Source: an uncultured Clostridia bacterium
Lineage (GTDB): Bacteria > Bacillota > Clostridia > Oscillospirales > CAG-382
DNA: 64,000 bases
Direction of reading: 5' to 3'
Assembly: GCA_947630765.1 (NCBI GenBank)
Contig: CANRIX010000001.1
Location: 110,743-174,742 of the forward strand
Under the pieces are notes generated by a model. The model was not told where the DNA came from. It did no database searches and worked only from the letters and a program-made list of their open reading frames with translations. Shown piece by piece: positions 10,639-19,947 of this stretch (its first letter is position 1; each line of letters opens with the position of its first letter). Made by a program: the position numbers and the translations under genes.

Positions 10639-10864
10639 GTACGTCTGCGGTCTTTCAATTGTGTCGTTTTCCCGCGATGGGCGTGCCCCCATGGAAAAGA
10701 AACCCTGCTCTGTGCAGGTGGGTGTCCTCTCCGTCGCTTTAGTACTTCCAACGTCCGCCGCGCAGAATGCACAGCGGGAGGCCTGCACACCACGCCGGAA
10801 TATGGGCTCCCTTTCTTTCTTGTGGGTTTTTTCACGAGGCAAGGGTCAAAAGGACCGCACGCAC
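10639..10864 (-). ncRNA. ssrS: Probable 6S RNA
   Basis: Ends pair (GUGCGU..GCGGUC.UUU with AAAGACCGC..ACGUAC); inner stem UUCCGGCGU/ACGUUGGAA; apical hairpin; purine-rich bubble; Firmicute 6S-like GACACCCACCUGC..GCAGG segment; downstream terminator; no credible ORF. Confidence 0.7.
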
Positions 10865-10925
10865 CCCGCAGGAAAATATGTTTGACCGAATGTGCGGGAC
10901 GTTTCCGCCCCGATGGAATGCGCTC

Positions 10926-11279
10926 TTAGTTCGCGCCGTCCTCCGGCGCTTCCGAATCGTCCTCGTCGAGGTCGTATTCGTTCATGAAACGGTCCTCGAA
11001 GGCGTCCGCGACGCGGTCGAACTCGTCGTCATCGTCGATCGTCACGAGGATCTCTTCCCCGTTCTCATCCTCCGTGACCTTCAGAATGACGTACTCCTCG
11101 TCCTCCTCGCTGTCCTGCTCCGCGTCCGCAGGGATCAGCGCTAAGTACGATTGCCCGTCCAGCTCCAGTTCTCCGATCAGAGCGAACTGGCTCTCGTTGC
11201 CTTCCTCGTCGGTCAGCGTGTAAAGCTCCTCGTCGTCCTCCATCGATTCGTCGGACTCCAGATTTTTCTCCTTATCCAT
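10926..11279 (-). CDS. DUF1292 domain protein (acidic)
   Basis: YTLTDEEGNE, Y..LIP, ILKV, LVTIDDDDEFD.V...F pattern; RBS GGAAAGGA. Confidence 0.9.
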   Translation of the reverse strand: MDKEKNLESDESMEDDEELYTLTDEEGNESQFALIGELELDGQSYLALIPADAEQDSEEDEEYVILKVTEDENGEEILVTIDDDDEFDRVADAFEDRFMNEYDLDEDDSEAPEDGAN

Positions 11280-11326
11280 TTGCGCCCATCCTTTCCATGC
11301 AAGCGGTTTTCGCAAGTTCTATCTTA

Positions 11327-11355
11327 ATTATACGCATTTTGACCCGGTCTGTCAA
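11327..11355 (-). promoter_or_regulatory. Consensus sigmaA promoter for DUF1292 gene (and possibly 6S RNA)
   Basis: TTGACA-17 nt-TATAAT on the minus strand. Confidence 0.8.
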
Positions 11356-11417
11356 GCCCTTTTCGATTTTTTCCCCGCCGAAAGCGTTCGACTGTTTCCT
11401 GCAAAGTTCGCGTCGCC

Positions 11418-11446
11418 TTGACAAACCGCCTTTTTTCTGCTATACT
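11418..11446 (+). promoter_or_regulatory. sigmaA promoter for rsmE
   Basis: TTGACA-17 nt-TATACT. Confidence 0.75.
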
Positions 11447-11477
11447 GTCCCCGCAAAAACCGAAAGAAGGGGTCTTT

Positions 11478-12215
11478 ATGGCATTCATTCCCCGCGTGTT
11501 CGTCCCGGCGAGCGAGATCCGGGACGGGACCGTCCGCGTCGGCGGATCGGACGCAAACCACATTCGCAACGTCCTGCGTATCCCCGTCGGCGGGAGAATC
11601 ACGGTCTGCGACGGTCGGAACGTCGTCTATCCCGCCGAAATCGTTTCCTACGAACCGGGATGCTTCCTCGCACGGCTCGGCGAAGGGGTCGAGGATACCG
11701 GCGAGCTGCCCGCCCGCGTTGCCGTCTACCAATGCCTGCCGAAGGGGGAAAAGGCGGACTTCGTCGTGCAGAAATCGGTCGAACTGGGGTGCGCCGAGAT
11801 CGTGTTCGTCCTGAGCGAACGCTGCGTGGCGCGGCCGGACGGGCAGGCGATGGAAAAGAAGAAGCAGCGCATGCAGAAGATTTCCGAATCCGCCGCCGCA
11901 CAGAGCGGGCGGAGCGTCGTACCGCCGGTGCGGGGACTACTGTCCTTCGCGGACGCGTGCGCGGAAGCGGCGGAAGCGGACTGCGCGTTCCTCTGCTACG
12001 AGGGCGGCGGGACGGTCCCGCTGCGGCAGGTGCTGGAAGCGTCCGCAGGCGCGGAACGGGTCGCGTTCCTCGTCGGGCCGGAAGGCGGTATCTCCCCGGC
12101 GGAGGCGGAAACGGCAAGACGCGCCGGGCTTTCCCTCGTCGGGCTCGGGTCGCGTATCCTGCGCACCGAAACCGCTCCGCTGTTCGTGCTTTCCGCGTGC
12201 AACATTCTGCTTTGA
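11478..12215 (+). CDS. rsmE: 16S rRNA m3U1498 methyltransferase
   Basis: HIRNVLR, KGEKADFVVQKSVELG, SAAAQSGR, VGPEGG, LGSRILRTETA. Confidence 0.95.
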   Translation: MAFIPRVFVPASEIRDGTVRVGGSDANHIRNVLRIPVGGRITVCDGRNVVYPAEIVSYEPGCFLARLGEGVEDTGELPARVAVYQCLPKGEKADFVVQKSVELGCAEIVFVLSERCVARPDGQAMEKKKQRMQKISESAAAQSGRSVVPPVRGLLSFADACAEAAEADCAFLCYEGGGTVPLRQVLEASAGAERVAFLVGPEGGISPAEAETARRAGLSLVGLGSRILRTETAPLFVLSACNILL

Positions 12216-12261
12216 AAAAGCGATGTTTCCCCGGTTTTTTGCAGGGAGGCATCGCTTTTTT
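12215..12261. terminator. Bidirectional terminator
   Basis: AAAAAGCGATG...CATCGCTTTTTT inverted repeat between convergent genes. Confidence 0.75.
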
Positions 12262-12268
12262 GCTTTTT

Positions 12269-14260
12269 TCAGTCCAGTTCCTTCTTGCCGGTGTACAGCT
12301 CGTAATAGCGACCGCCGAGGGCGAGCAGATCCTCGTGACTGCCGCGTTCGATGATCTCGCCCTTTTCGAGCACCATGATCGCATTCGCGTTGCGGACCGT
12401 GGAAAGGCGGTGCGCGATGACGAACGTCGTGCGGTCCGCCATCAGGCGGTCCATGCCTTCCTCGATGTGCCGCTCTGTACGGGTATCGACCGAGCTCGTC
12501 GCCTCGTCCAGCACCAGGATCGGTGCCTTTGAGAGCGCTGCACGGGCGATATTCAGCAATTGCCGCTGTCCCTGCGACAGGTTCGCTCCGTCGCCCTCGA
12601 TGAGCGTGTTATAGCCTTCGGACAGGCGGGTGATGAAGCTGTGCGCCGACGCGGTTTTTGCCGCGGCGACGACCTCGTCGTCCGTCGCGTCCAGCCGCCC
12701 GTAGCGGATATTCTCCATGACCGTCCCGGTGAACAGGTGGGTATCCTGCAGGACCATCGCGATGTTCTTGCGCAGGACGTCGCGCTTGATGCGCCGGATC
12801 GGCACGCCGTCGATCGTGATCTCCCCTTCGTCGATGTCGTAGAACCGATTGAGCAGGTTCGTGACCGTCGTCTTCCCCGCCCCGGTCGAGCCGACGAAGG
12901 CGATCTTCTGCCCGGGCTTCGCGTAGAGCGAGATATGCTTGAGAATGGTCTTTTCCGGCACATAGCCGAACGAAACGTCCTTCAATTCGACGTATCCGCG
13001 CATCAGCGGCATCTTTTCCGCGTCCGGGGCGTCCGGCTCCTCGGGGGACATATCCATCACGTTGAACACCCGCTCCGCGCCGGCGAGCGCCGCGAAGATC
13101 GTGCTCATCTGCTGGGAAATCATGTTGATCGGCATGGAGAACTGCCGCGAATAATTCGCGAACACCGTCAGGTCGCCCGCGCCGAATCCGCGCGTGAACG
13201 CGAGCACGCCGCCGATCCCGACGGTCAGCGCATACGCGATCTGGCTCGTGTTGCCCATGACCGGGCCCATGATCCCGCCGTAGAACTGCGCACGGAACTG
13301 CTTATCCCGCAAATCCTCGTTGAGCAGGTCGAACTCCTCGTCGCAGACCGCTTCGTGGTTGAACACCTTGACGACCTTCGCGCCCGTCACGGTTTCCTCG
13401 ATGTAGCCGTTGACCGCGCCGAGCGCCGCCTGCTGCCCGGAATAGTACCGGGAAGACGCCCGCGCGAGCGCACGCCCGCCGAGCGCGAAGATCGGCAGGA
13501 AGCAGACCGTGATGAACGACAGGATCAGGTTGGTCGAAACCATGAACAGGAACGTCCCGACCAGCGAGATCGAGCCGGACACGAGTGACGTGAGCGAGTT
13601 GTTGAGCATCATGTCGATGTTGTCGACGTCGTTGGTGAACCGGGACATGATCTCCCCGGTCGTGTTCGCGTCGAAGTACCGCACCGGCAGGCTTTGCAGT
13701 TTGGCGAACAGGTCGTTGCGGATGGCTTCCGTCGCGTTCTGGGAAACCGTCAGCATCAGACGCGCCTGCAGATAGTTGCTCGCCACCCCGACGAGGTAGA
13801 CGCAGGCGAGGATCAGCACCGCCGCAAGCACATAGGTCGCGATGGAACGGTACGGACCGTCCGGCAAGATCTCCCGCAGCAGCGGCAGCTCGCTGACCTT
13901 TTCGACAAAGCCGTTGACGACCTTGCCGATCGCCGTCCAGTTCACGGCGCTCTCCTTGCCAGCCGCATTTTCGGCGAAGATCTGCAGCCGGTTGATGATC
14001 GGGGAAAGCATATACGAGCCGAGCAGGGAGGTCAGCGTGCTGACGAGCATACAGACCAGCACAAGGACCAGCCGCCCCTTATACTTCCCGACGTAGGAGA
14101 GCAGACGGCGGACGGTTTTTTTCGTGTTCTTCGGTTTGCCGGTCGCACGCGGACCGCCCCGGCGTCCGCCGGGGCCACCGGGTCCGCCTGGGCCTCTGCG
14201 CCGATCGACGACCTGCCGTGCATACTGCTTTTGCAGGGATTCCAAAGTGCGTTTTGCCAT
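12269..14260 (-). CDS. ABC exporter subunit (TMD plus NBD), TM288-like partner
   Basis: GSTGAGKT, LSQGQRQ, LVLDEATSSVD, IAHRLST; Gly/Pro/Arg-rich N-terminus. Confidence 0.92.
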   Translation of the reverse strand: MAKRTLESLQKQYARQVVDRRRGPGGPGGPGGRRGGPRATGKPKNTKKTVRRLLSYVGKYKGRLVLVLVCMLVSTLTSLLGSYMLSPIINRLQIFAENAAGKESAVNWTAIGKVVNGFVEKVSELPLLREILPDGPYRSIATYVLAAVLILACVYLVGVASNYLQARLMLTVSQNATEAIRNDLFAKLQSLPVRYFDANTTGEIMSRFTNDVDNIDMMLNNSLTSLVSGSISLVGTFLFMVSTNLILSFITVCFLPIFALGGRALARASSRYYSGQQAALGAVNGYIEETVTGAKVVKVFNHEAVCDEEFDLLNEDLRDKQFRAQFYGGIMGPVMGNTSQIAYALTVGIGGVLAFTRGFGAGDLTVFANYSRQFSMPINMISQQMSTIFAALAGAERVFNVMDMSPEEPDAPDAEKMPLMRGYVELKDVSFGYVPEKTILKHISLYAKPGQKIAFVGSTGAGKTTVTNLLNRFYDIDEGEITIDGVPIRRIKRDVLRKNIAMVLQDTHLFTGTVMENIRYGRLDATDDEVVAAAKTASAHSFITRLSEGYNTLIEGDGANLSQGQRQLLNIARAALSKAPILVLDEATSSVDTRTERHIEEGMDRLMADRTTFVIAHRLSTVRNANAIMVLEKGEIIERGSHEDLLALGGRYYELYTGKKELD

Positions 14261-14265
14261 GCCCG

Positions 14266-16062
14266 TCACACCCCCTCGTCCGCTTTCCGGTCGGTCTGCG
14301 ATTCGTAGATCTCCCGGTATTCGCGATTGGTTTTCAGCAGTTCGGCGTGGGTGCCGACGCCGGTGATGCGCCCTTCGTTGAGCACGATGATCTGGTCGGC
14401 GTCCATGACGGACGTGATGCGCTGGGCGATGACGATCTTGGTCGAATCCGCCAGCTCGTTGCGGAACGCCTCGCGAATGCGGGCTTCCGTCGCCGTGTCG
14501 ACCGCGGAGGTCGAATCGTCGAGGATGAGGATCTTCGGCTTCTTCAGCAGGGCGCGGGCGATGCACAGGCGCTGCTTCTGCCCGCCGGAGACGTTTTTGC
14601 CGCCCTGCCCGAGGTCGTAATCGTATCCGCCGGAGAAGGACTGCACAAAGCCGTTCGCCTGCGCGCTTTCCGCGGCGGCCTGCAGCTCCTCGTCCGTCGC
14701 GTCCTCGTCGCCCCAGCGCAGGTTATCCGCGATGGAGCCGGAGAACAGCACGTTCTTCTGCAGCACCATGCCGACGCCCTCGCGCAGGTGGTACAGGCTG
14801 TACTCCCGCACGTCCACGCCGTCGATCAGCACCTGCCCCTCGTCCACGTCATACAGGCGGGGGATCATGGACACCAGCGTGCTCTTGCCGCAGCCGGTCG
14901 AGCCGATGATCCCGACGACCGTGCGCGGCTCTATGGTCAGGTCGATATGATCAAGCACGGCGTCCTCGCTGTTCTTATAGTAACGGAAGGAAACGTCGCG
15001 GAACTCGATGCGACCCTCCTGCACGGTCAGGTCCTTGCGGGAAGCGTTCTCGTCGGTCAGGCTGATGGGCTCGTCGAGCACTTCCGAGATCCGCTTCGCG
15101 GACGCCATGGCGCGGGAGAGCATCATCAAAAGCATGGTCACCATCATCAGCGACGAAAGGATCTGCGTGACGTAGGTGATGAACGCGGACAGGTCGCCGA
15201 TGGGCATCGAACCGCTGTAGACCTGTTCCCCGCCGAACCACAGTACGGCGAGCGTCGTGATGTTCATGAACAGCGTCATGACCGGGGACATGAAGATCAT
15301 CAGCTTCATCGCACGCATCCCGGTGCTTTTCAGGTCGCGGTTCGCGTTGAAAAACTTTTTGCGTTCAAAGTCCTCGCGGACGAAGGATTTGACCACGCGG
15401 ACGTTCGTGACGTTCTCCTGCACCGTGGAATTCAAGCGGTCGATCTTCCCCTGCACCCGCGAAAAGAGCGGATAGCTGCGGAAGATCAGCAGGGCGATGC
15501 ACAGCACCATCAGCGGAATGGTCACGGCAAGCACCGTCGCGAGGGACGGACGCAGCAGGATCGCCATGATCAGCGCTCCGATGAGCATGCCGGGCGCACG
15601 CAGCGCCATGCGCAGAAGCATGTTGACCATGTTCTGCATCTGCGTCACGTCGTTGGTCAAACGGGTCACGAGCGAGCCGGTCGAGAAGCGGTCGATGTTG
15701 GAAAAAGAAAACTGCTGCACCCGGGCATACACGTCAGAGCGCAGGTCCGCGGCGAAATTGACCGACGCCTTCGCGCCAAAGTACGCGCCGCCCACGCCGC
15801 CCGCCATCATGCCCACTGCGATGAGCACCATGACGCCGGCGATACCCAGCGAAAACAGAACGCCGGAGGATTCGGCGTCCGCAATTTGTCCGACGGCTTT
15901 GAGTTCTTCAAGCTCCTTCGCCCGGTTGATGACAAGCGAAAGGCACTTCGGCATCAGCACTTCCCCGACCACTTCCGCGATCATGCAGATCGGGCCGATG
16001 ATGAAATACGGCAAGTAGGGGCGCACATAGCGCATCCACTTCCCTTTTCGTTTTGGCTGCAT
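14266..16062 (-). CDS. ABC exporter subunit with degenerate Walker B (TM287-like); heterodimeric multidrug-type exporter
   Basis: GSTGCGKS, VSGGQKQR, ILILDDSTSAVD (D replaces catalytic E), IAQR (Q replaces H-switch). Confidence 0.92.
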   Translation of the reverse strand: MQPKRKGKWMRYVRPYLPYFIIGPICMIAEVVGEVLMPKCLSLVINRAKELEELKAVGQIADAESSGVLFSLGIAGVMVLIAVGMMAGGVGGAYFGAKASVNFAADLRSDVYARVQQFSFSNIDRFSTGSLVTRLTNDVTQMQNMVNMLLRMALRAPGMLIGALIMAILLRPSLATVLAVTIPLMVLCIALLIFRSYPLFSRVQGKIDRLNSTVQENVTNVRVVKSFVREDFERKKFFNANRDLKSTGMRAMKLMIFMSPVMTLFMNITTLAVLWFGGEQVYSGSMPIGDLSAFITYVTQILSSLMMVTMLLMMLSRAMASAKRISEVLDEPISLTDENASRKDLTVQEGRIEFRDVSFRYYKNSEDAVLDHIDLTIEPRTVVGIIGSTGCGKSTLVSMIPRLYDVDEGQVLIDGVDVREYSLYHLREGVGMVLQKNVLFSGSIADNLRWGDEDATDEELQAAAESAQANGFVQSFSGGYDYDLGQGGKNVSGGQKQRLCIARALLKKPKILILDDSTSAVDTATEARIREAFRNELADSTKIVIAQRITSVMDADQIIVLNEGRITGVGTHAELLKTNREYREIYESQTDRKADEGV

Positions 16063-16104
16063 CGTATGTTCCTCCGTTTTTTTCGGATCAACGGATCCGA
16101 TGGG

Positions 16105-16638
16105 TTACGGTTTCTCTTCCTTTTCCGCTCCGGCGATCAGCTCGCGGACGTGAATGCCCTTGACGCGCGGAAGCTCCGCCGTCCCGTCGAGCAGGGCGCG
16201 AAGCGCGTTCTGCATCTTTTCCTCGCAGGCGGCCTCCAGGCGAAGCTCCTCGTCCGTCAGTTCCCCGAACAGCGCGAGGTCCGCCGCCGCGAACACCCGG
16301 TTGGTGCGCTGCACCAGCTCCAGTCCCTTTTCGGTCAGGGCGATCTCGTTGTAACGCGCGTCGTTGATGGCGGCGCCCTGCCGGATGTATCCGCTCTTTT
16401 CCAGCCGCTTGAGCGCGACGGCGATGGCCGCCGTGCTGACCTCAAAGGCATGCGCAAGCTCCGTCTGCGACGGGACGCAGTCGGTCCGATACAGGTACAT
16501 CAGCAGCCGGTGCTGGGACCTGCTGATCCCCATCTGGTCAATCAGCTTTTCCTGCAATTGCCGGTGCAGCCGCATGGTCACCCGGAACCGCACCGCAGCC
16601 TGGCGAACCTGTTCCCGTTCAAAATCATCCTGCATCAT
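16105..16638 (-). CDS. MarR family regulator of the ABC exporter
   Basis: SQHRLLMYL, SQTELAHAF, LKRLEKSGYI, DAR...IALTEKG winged helix. Confidence 0.9.
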   Translation of the reverse strand: MMQDDFEREQVRQAAVRFRVTMRLHRQLQEKLIDQMGISRSQHRLLMYLYRTDCVPSQTELAHAFEVSTAAIAVALKRLEKSGYIRQGAAINDARYNEIALTEKGLELVQRTNRVFAAADLALFGELTDEELRLEAACEEKMQNALRALLDGTAELPRVKGIHVRELIAGAEKEEKP

Positions 16639-16953
16639 TTACAAACTCCCCTGTCCTTATTCCCCCGGAACCTCCCGCCTTTTTTCGCGTTTCGGGCGGT
16701 CTTTTCCGCTTTCTTCCTTACAAATTATAGACGATTCCGCCGACTTGTCAAGGGTTTCGGGACAGAGTTCACATTTTCTGCCCCTAAATTTTTACAGATA
16801 CACAAAAAATCGAAATATTGGGATAAAAACACAGACCGCACGAAAAGTGGGGAATAATCCGAGAAAATCCGATTTTTTCGCGTCTCCGACGGTCCTTCAC
16901 CGCAAAATCACCAAAGGGCGTTCAATTTTTTTGTAAATTTTTTTGTCAGGGTA

Positions 16954-16982
16954 TTGCATTTTTCACAAATTTATTGTAGAAT
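16954..16982 (+). promoter_or_regulatory. sigmaA promoter for cdaR-ftsEX cluster
   Basis: TTGCAT-17 nt-TAGAAT. Confidence 0.65.
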
Positions 16983-17108
16983 AGAAAGCGAAATCATAGA
17001 AAAGGCAAATCGGAACCGTTTTGTGCGGGGGATCGTCCCGCCGGTTTTCGACGCGCCGGACGAAAAAGCTGCCCGAATCGGGGCGAACGAAGGAGTAGGA
17101 AAGCAATC

Positions 17109-18194
17109 ATGAGCAACAAACTGTTTCAAACGCTGGTGTACCAGATGCGGGAAGCCGTTGACCGGGACATCGGCATCATCGACGAAAAGGGGACCATCAT
17201 CGCCTGCAGCCAGCTCTCCCGGATCGGCGAAACGCACAAAGAGATCGTAGAGGAAATCTCCTACAACTTCGACACCCTCAAGGCGGACGGCTACACGTAC
17301 CGTCCCATCGGCTCGCATGCACGCATCGAATATATCGTATTCGTGCAAGGCGAGGACGATTCCGCGGCGAGCACGGCGATGCTGCTTTCCATCGCCTTTA
17401 CCAACATCAAGCAGCTTTACGACGAAAAGTACGACAAGACCAATTTTATCAAGAACATCATCCTCGACAACATCCTGCCAGGGGACATCTACATCAAATC
17501 CAAGGAGCTGCGGTTCGACAACGAGACTAACCGTGTCGTGCTGCTCATCCGCTTCCAGAACAAGTCCGACGTCGTACCCTACGACATCATTCAGAATATG
17601 TTCCCGGATAAGACCCGTGACTACATCATCAGCGTGGGCGAAACGGACATCGTGCTGGTCAAGGAGCTGAAGAACGGCGCGGACAGCAAGGCCATCGACG
17701 CCATCGCCCATTCCATCGTCGACAGCGTGCAGAGCGAATTCTACCTCAAGTGCATCGTCGGGATCGGCACGGTCGTCACGTCCGTCAAGGAGCTGGCGCG
17801 TTCGTATAAGGACGCGCAGGTCGCGCTGGAGGTCGGGCGCGTGTTCGACACGGAGCAGACCTGCATCAACTACGAAAACCTCGGGATCGGGCGGCTCATC
17901 TATCAGCTTCCGACGACGCTGTGCGAAATGTTCCTGCAGGAGGTCTTTAAGCGCGGGTCGCTCGAAAGCCTCGACCGGGAAACGCTGCTGACCATCCACG
18001 CGTTCTTCGACAACAACCTCAACGTGTCGGAAACCTCCCGCAAGCTGTTCGTCCACCGCAATACGCTCGTCTACCGGCTGGAAAAGATCAAGAAGCTGAC
18101 CGGTCTGGATCTGCGGGAGTTCGACCACGCCATCACGTTCAAGGTGGCACTGATGGTCAAAAAGTACCTCGTCAGCAAGCCGAATATGTATTGA
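17109..18194 (+). CDS. CdaR/PucR family regulator
   Basis: N-terminal IGIIDEKGTIIAC recognition domain; C-terminal NLNVSETSRKLFVHRNTLVYRLEKIKKLTGLD HTH. Confidence 0.9.
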   Translation: MSNKLFQTLVYQMREAVDRDIGIIDEKGTIIACSQLSRIGETHKEIVEEISYNFDTLKADGYTYRPIGSHARIEYIVFVQGEDDSAASTAMLLSIAFTNIKQLYDEKYDKTNFIKNIILDNILPGDIYIKSKELRFDNETNRVVLLIRFQNKSDVVPYDIIQNMFPDKTRDYIISVGETDIVLVKELKNGADSKAIDAIAHSIVDSVQSEFYLKCIVGIGTVVTSVKELARSYKDAQVALEVGRVFDTEQTCINYENLGIGRLIYQLPTTLCEMFLQEVFKRGSLESLDRETLLTIHAFFDNNLNVSETSRKLFVHRNTLVYRLEKIKKLTGLDLREFDHAITFKVALMVKKYLVSKPNMY

Positions 18195-18228
18195 TTCTTA
18201 CGAAAGAAAAGATTTTTTCAAACCCATT

Positions 18229-18924
18229 ATGATACAATTTCAAAACGTTTCCATGGCGTACCCGGACGGAACGGTCGCGCTCAGGGAAATCAACCTCACG
18301 GTCGGGGACGGGGAATTCGTCTTTCTTGCCGGACCGTCCGGCGCGGGGAAAACCACGCTGACCCGCCTGCTGCTCGCCGAGGAACGGGTTTCCGCCGGGC
18401 GGCTGGACGTCAACGGGTTCCGGCTGGACCGCATTCGCGCCCGACAAGTCCCGCACCTGCGGCGCACGATGGGCGTCGTGTTTCAGGATTTCAAGCTTTT
18501 CGATAAAATGACCGTCTACGAGAACGTCGCGTTCGCCATGCGGGTCATCGGCGAGAAGCGCGCCGTCATTCGCAAGCGGGTGCCGTTCTTCCTCAACGTC
18601 GTGGGGTTGGCGGACAAGGCGAAGTCCTTCCCCGGCAAGCTCTCCGGCGGCGAGCAGCAGCGCGTGGCGTTTGCCCGTGCGCTGGTCAACAACCCGTCCT
18701 TAGTCATCGCGGACGAACCGACCGGCAACATTGACCACGTCCTGCGGGACGAGATCCTCGAGCTGCTCCTGCGGATCAACAAGCTCGGGAAGACCGTTCT
18801 GGTCGTCACGCACGACGAAGAACTGCTGGAACGCCACCACAAGCGGATCGTCCGGCTGAACGAGGGGCGTATCCTTTCGGACACCGCCGCACCTTCCTCC
18901 GAAAGGACGGGTGAAACGGCATGA
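18229..18924 (+). CDS. ftsE: Cell division ATP-binding protein FtsE
   Basis: GPSGAGKT, MGVVFQDFKL, LSGGEQQR, IADEPTGNID; precedes ftsX with ATGA overlap. Confidence 0.92.
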   Translation: MIQFQNVSMAYPDGTVALREINLTVGDGEFVFLAGPSGAGKTTLTRLLLAEERVSAGRLDVNGFRLDRIRARQVPHLRRTMGVVFQDFKLFDKMTVYENVAFAMRVIGEKRAVIRKRVPFFLNVVGLADKAKSFPGKLSGGEQQRVAFARALVNNPSLVIADEPTGNIDHVLRDEILELLLRINKLGKTVLVVTHDEELLERHHKRIVRLNEGRILSDTAAPSSERTGETA

Positions 18925-19883
18925 GAGCGCTTCGTTCCTTTGCGTATAACCTCCAGCAGGGATTTCGCGGTGTGTTCCGCAACAGCGTCATGTCCACGGC
19001 GTCCGTGCTGGTGCTGCTTTCCTGCATGATCATCATCGGGACCTTCTTCCTCGTCTACATGAGCATCCGGGAGAACCTCGAAAACATCAGCAATATCAAC
19101 GCCATCTCCATTCGCGTTTCCGCTTCCTATACCGACGAACAGTATGCGGAGATCGAGGGGATGCTGTCGGACCTGTGCGCGGAAAGCGACCTGCTTGACG
19201 ACAAGGTGGTCTATGTTTCCTCCGAGGAGCATCTCAGCCAATTCCTCGAACTGCACGAGGGTGAAAGCTACACCGGGGCGCTGCTTGAAGACCCGGAACG
19301 GTTCGCCCTGCGGCCGAGTTACGAGATGACCTTTTCAAAGACCGCGTCCATATCGGACCTGAGCGCTCTGGAAGCCCGCATGGGCGAGCTGCGCCTTTCG
19401 GACGGAACGGCGCCGATCGACCCGGACAACGACATTTCCTCGACCATTCAGCTCTACCGCAACGTCAAGAACGTCAGGCAGGCGGTCGCCGCCGTCGGCG
19501 GATGGCTGCTGGTGCTGCTGGGTGCGCTTTCGCTCTTCGTCATCGCCAATACGATCCGGCTGGGCGTGGAATCCCGCAAGAACGAGATCATGTTCATGCG
19601 GCTCTGCGGGGCGACCAAAGCGTTCATTCGCACGCCGTTCGTCATCGAGGGCATTCTCATCGGTCTGCTTTCCGCGGGGCTGGCGCTGGGGCTGGAGTAC
19701 GTTCTGTACACCGGCGTGCTCGCGCCGTTCCTGCAGCAGGTAACGAGCGTCACCGCCGACGGGATCGTGCTTTCGTCGTTCGTGGCGTACCTGCCGCTGC
19801 TGGCGATCCTGTTCGCCGCGATCGGTCTGGTCGTCGGAATGCTTTCCAGCTTGATTTCCATCAAAAAGTACCTCAAAGTGTAA
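18921..19883 (+). CDS. ftsX: Cell division permease FtsX
   Basis: RNSVMS.AS, IANTIRL, EI..MRLCGAT..FIR.PF.IEG. Confidence 0.9.
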   Translation: MRALRSFAYNLQQGFRGVFRNSVMSTASVLVLLSCMIIIGTFFLVYMSIRENLENISNINAISIRVSASYTDEQYAEIEGMLSDLCAESDLLDDKVVYVSSEEHLSQFLELHEGESYTGALLEDPERFALRPSYEMTFSKTASISDLSALEARMGELRLSDGTAPIDPDNDISSTIQLYRNVKNVRQAVAAVGGWLLVLLGALSLFVIANTIRLGVESRKNEIMFMRLCGATKAFIRTPFVIEGILIGLLSAGLALGLEYVLYTGVLAPFLQQVTSVTADGIVLSSFVAYLPLLAILFAAIGLVVGMLSSLISIKKYLKV

Positions 19884-19947
19884 GGAATCCCGAACGGCAG
19901 GACCGCTATTCATCGGTTTCAAGACGTAGAAAAGAGAGGATTTATTT

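Noticed and set aside
14140-14200. GC-rich short repeats (GGPGGPGG-coding) as CRISPR or VNTR
   Set aside because: Low-complexity coding N-terminus of the ABC exporter; no repeat-spacer periodicity. No CRISPR array seen anywhere in the window.
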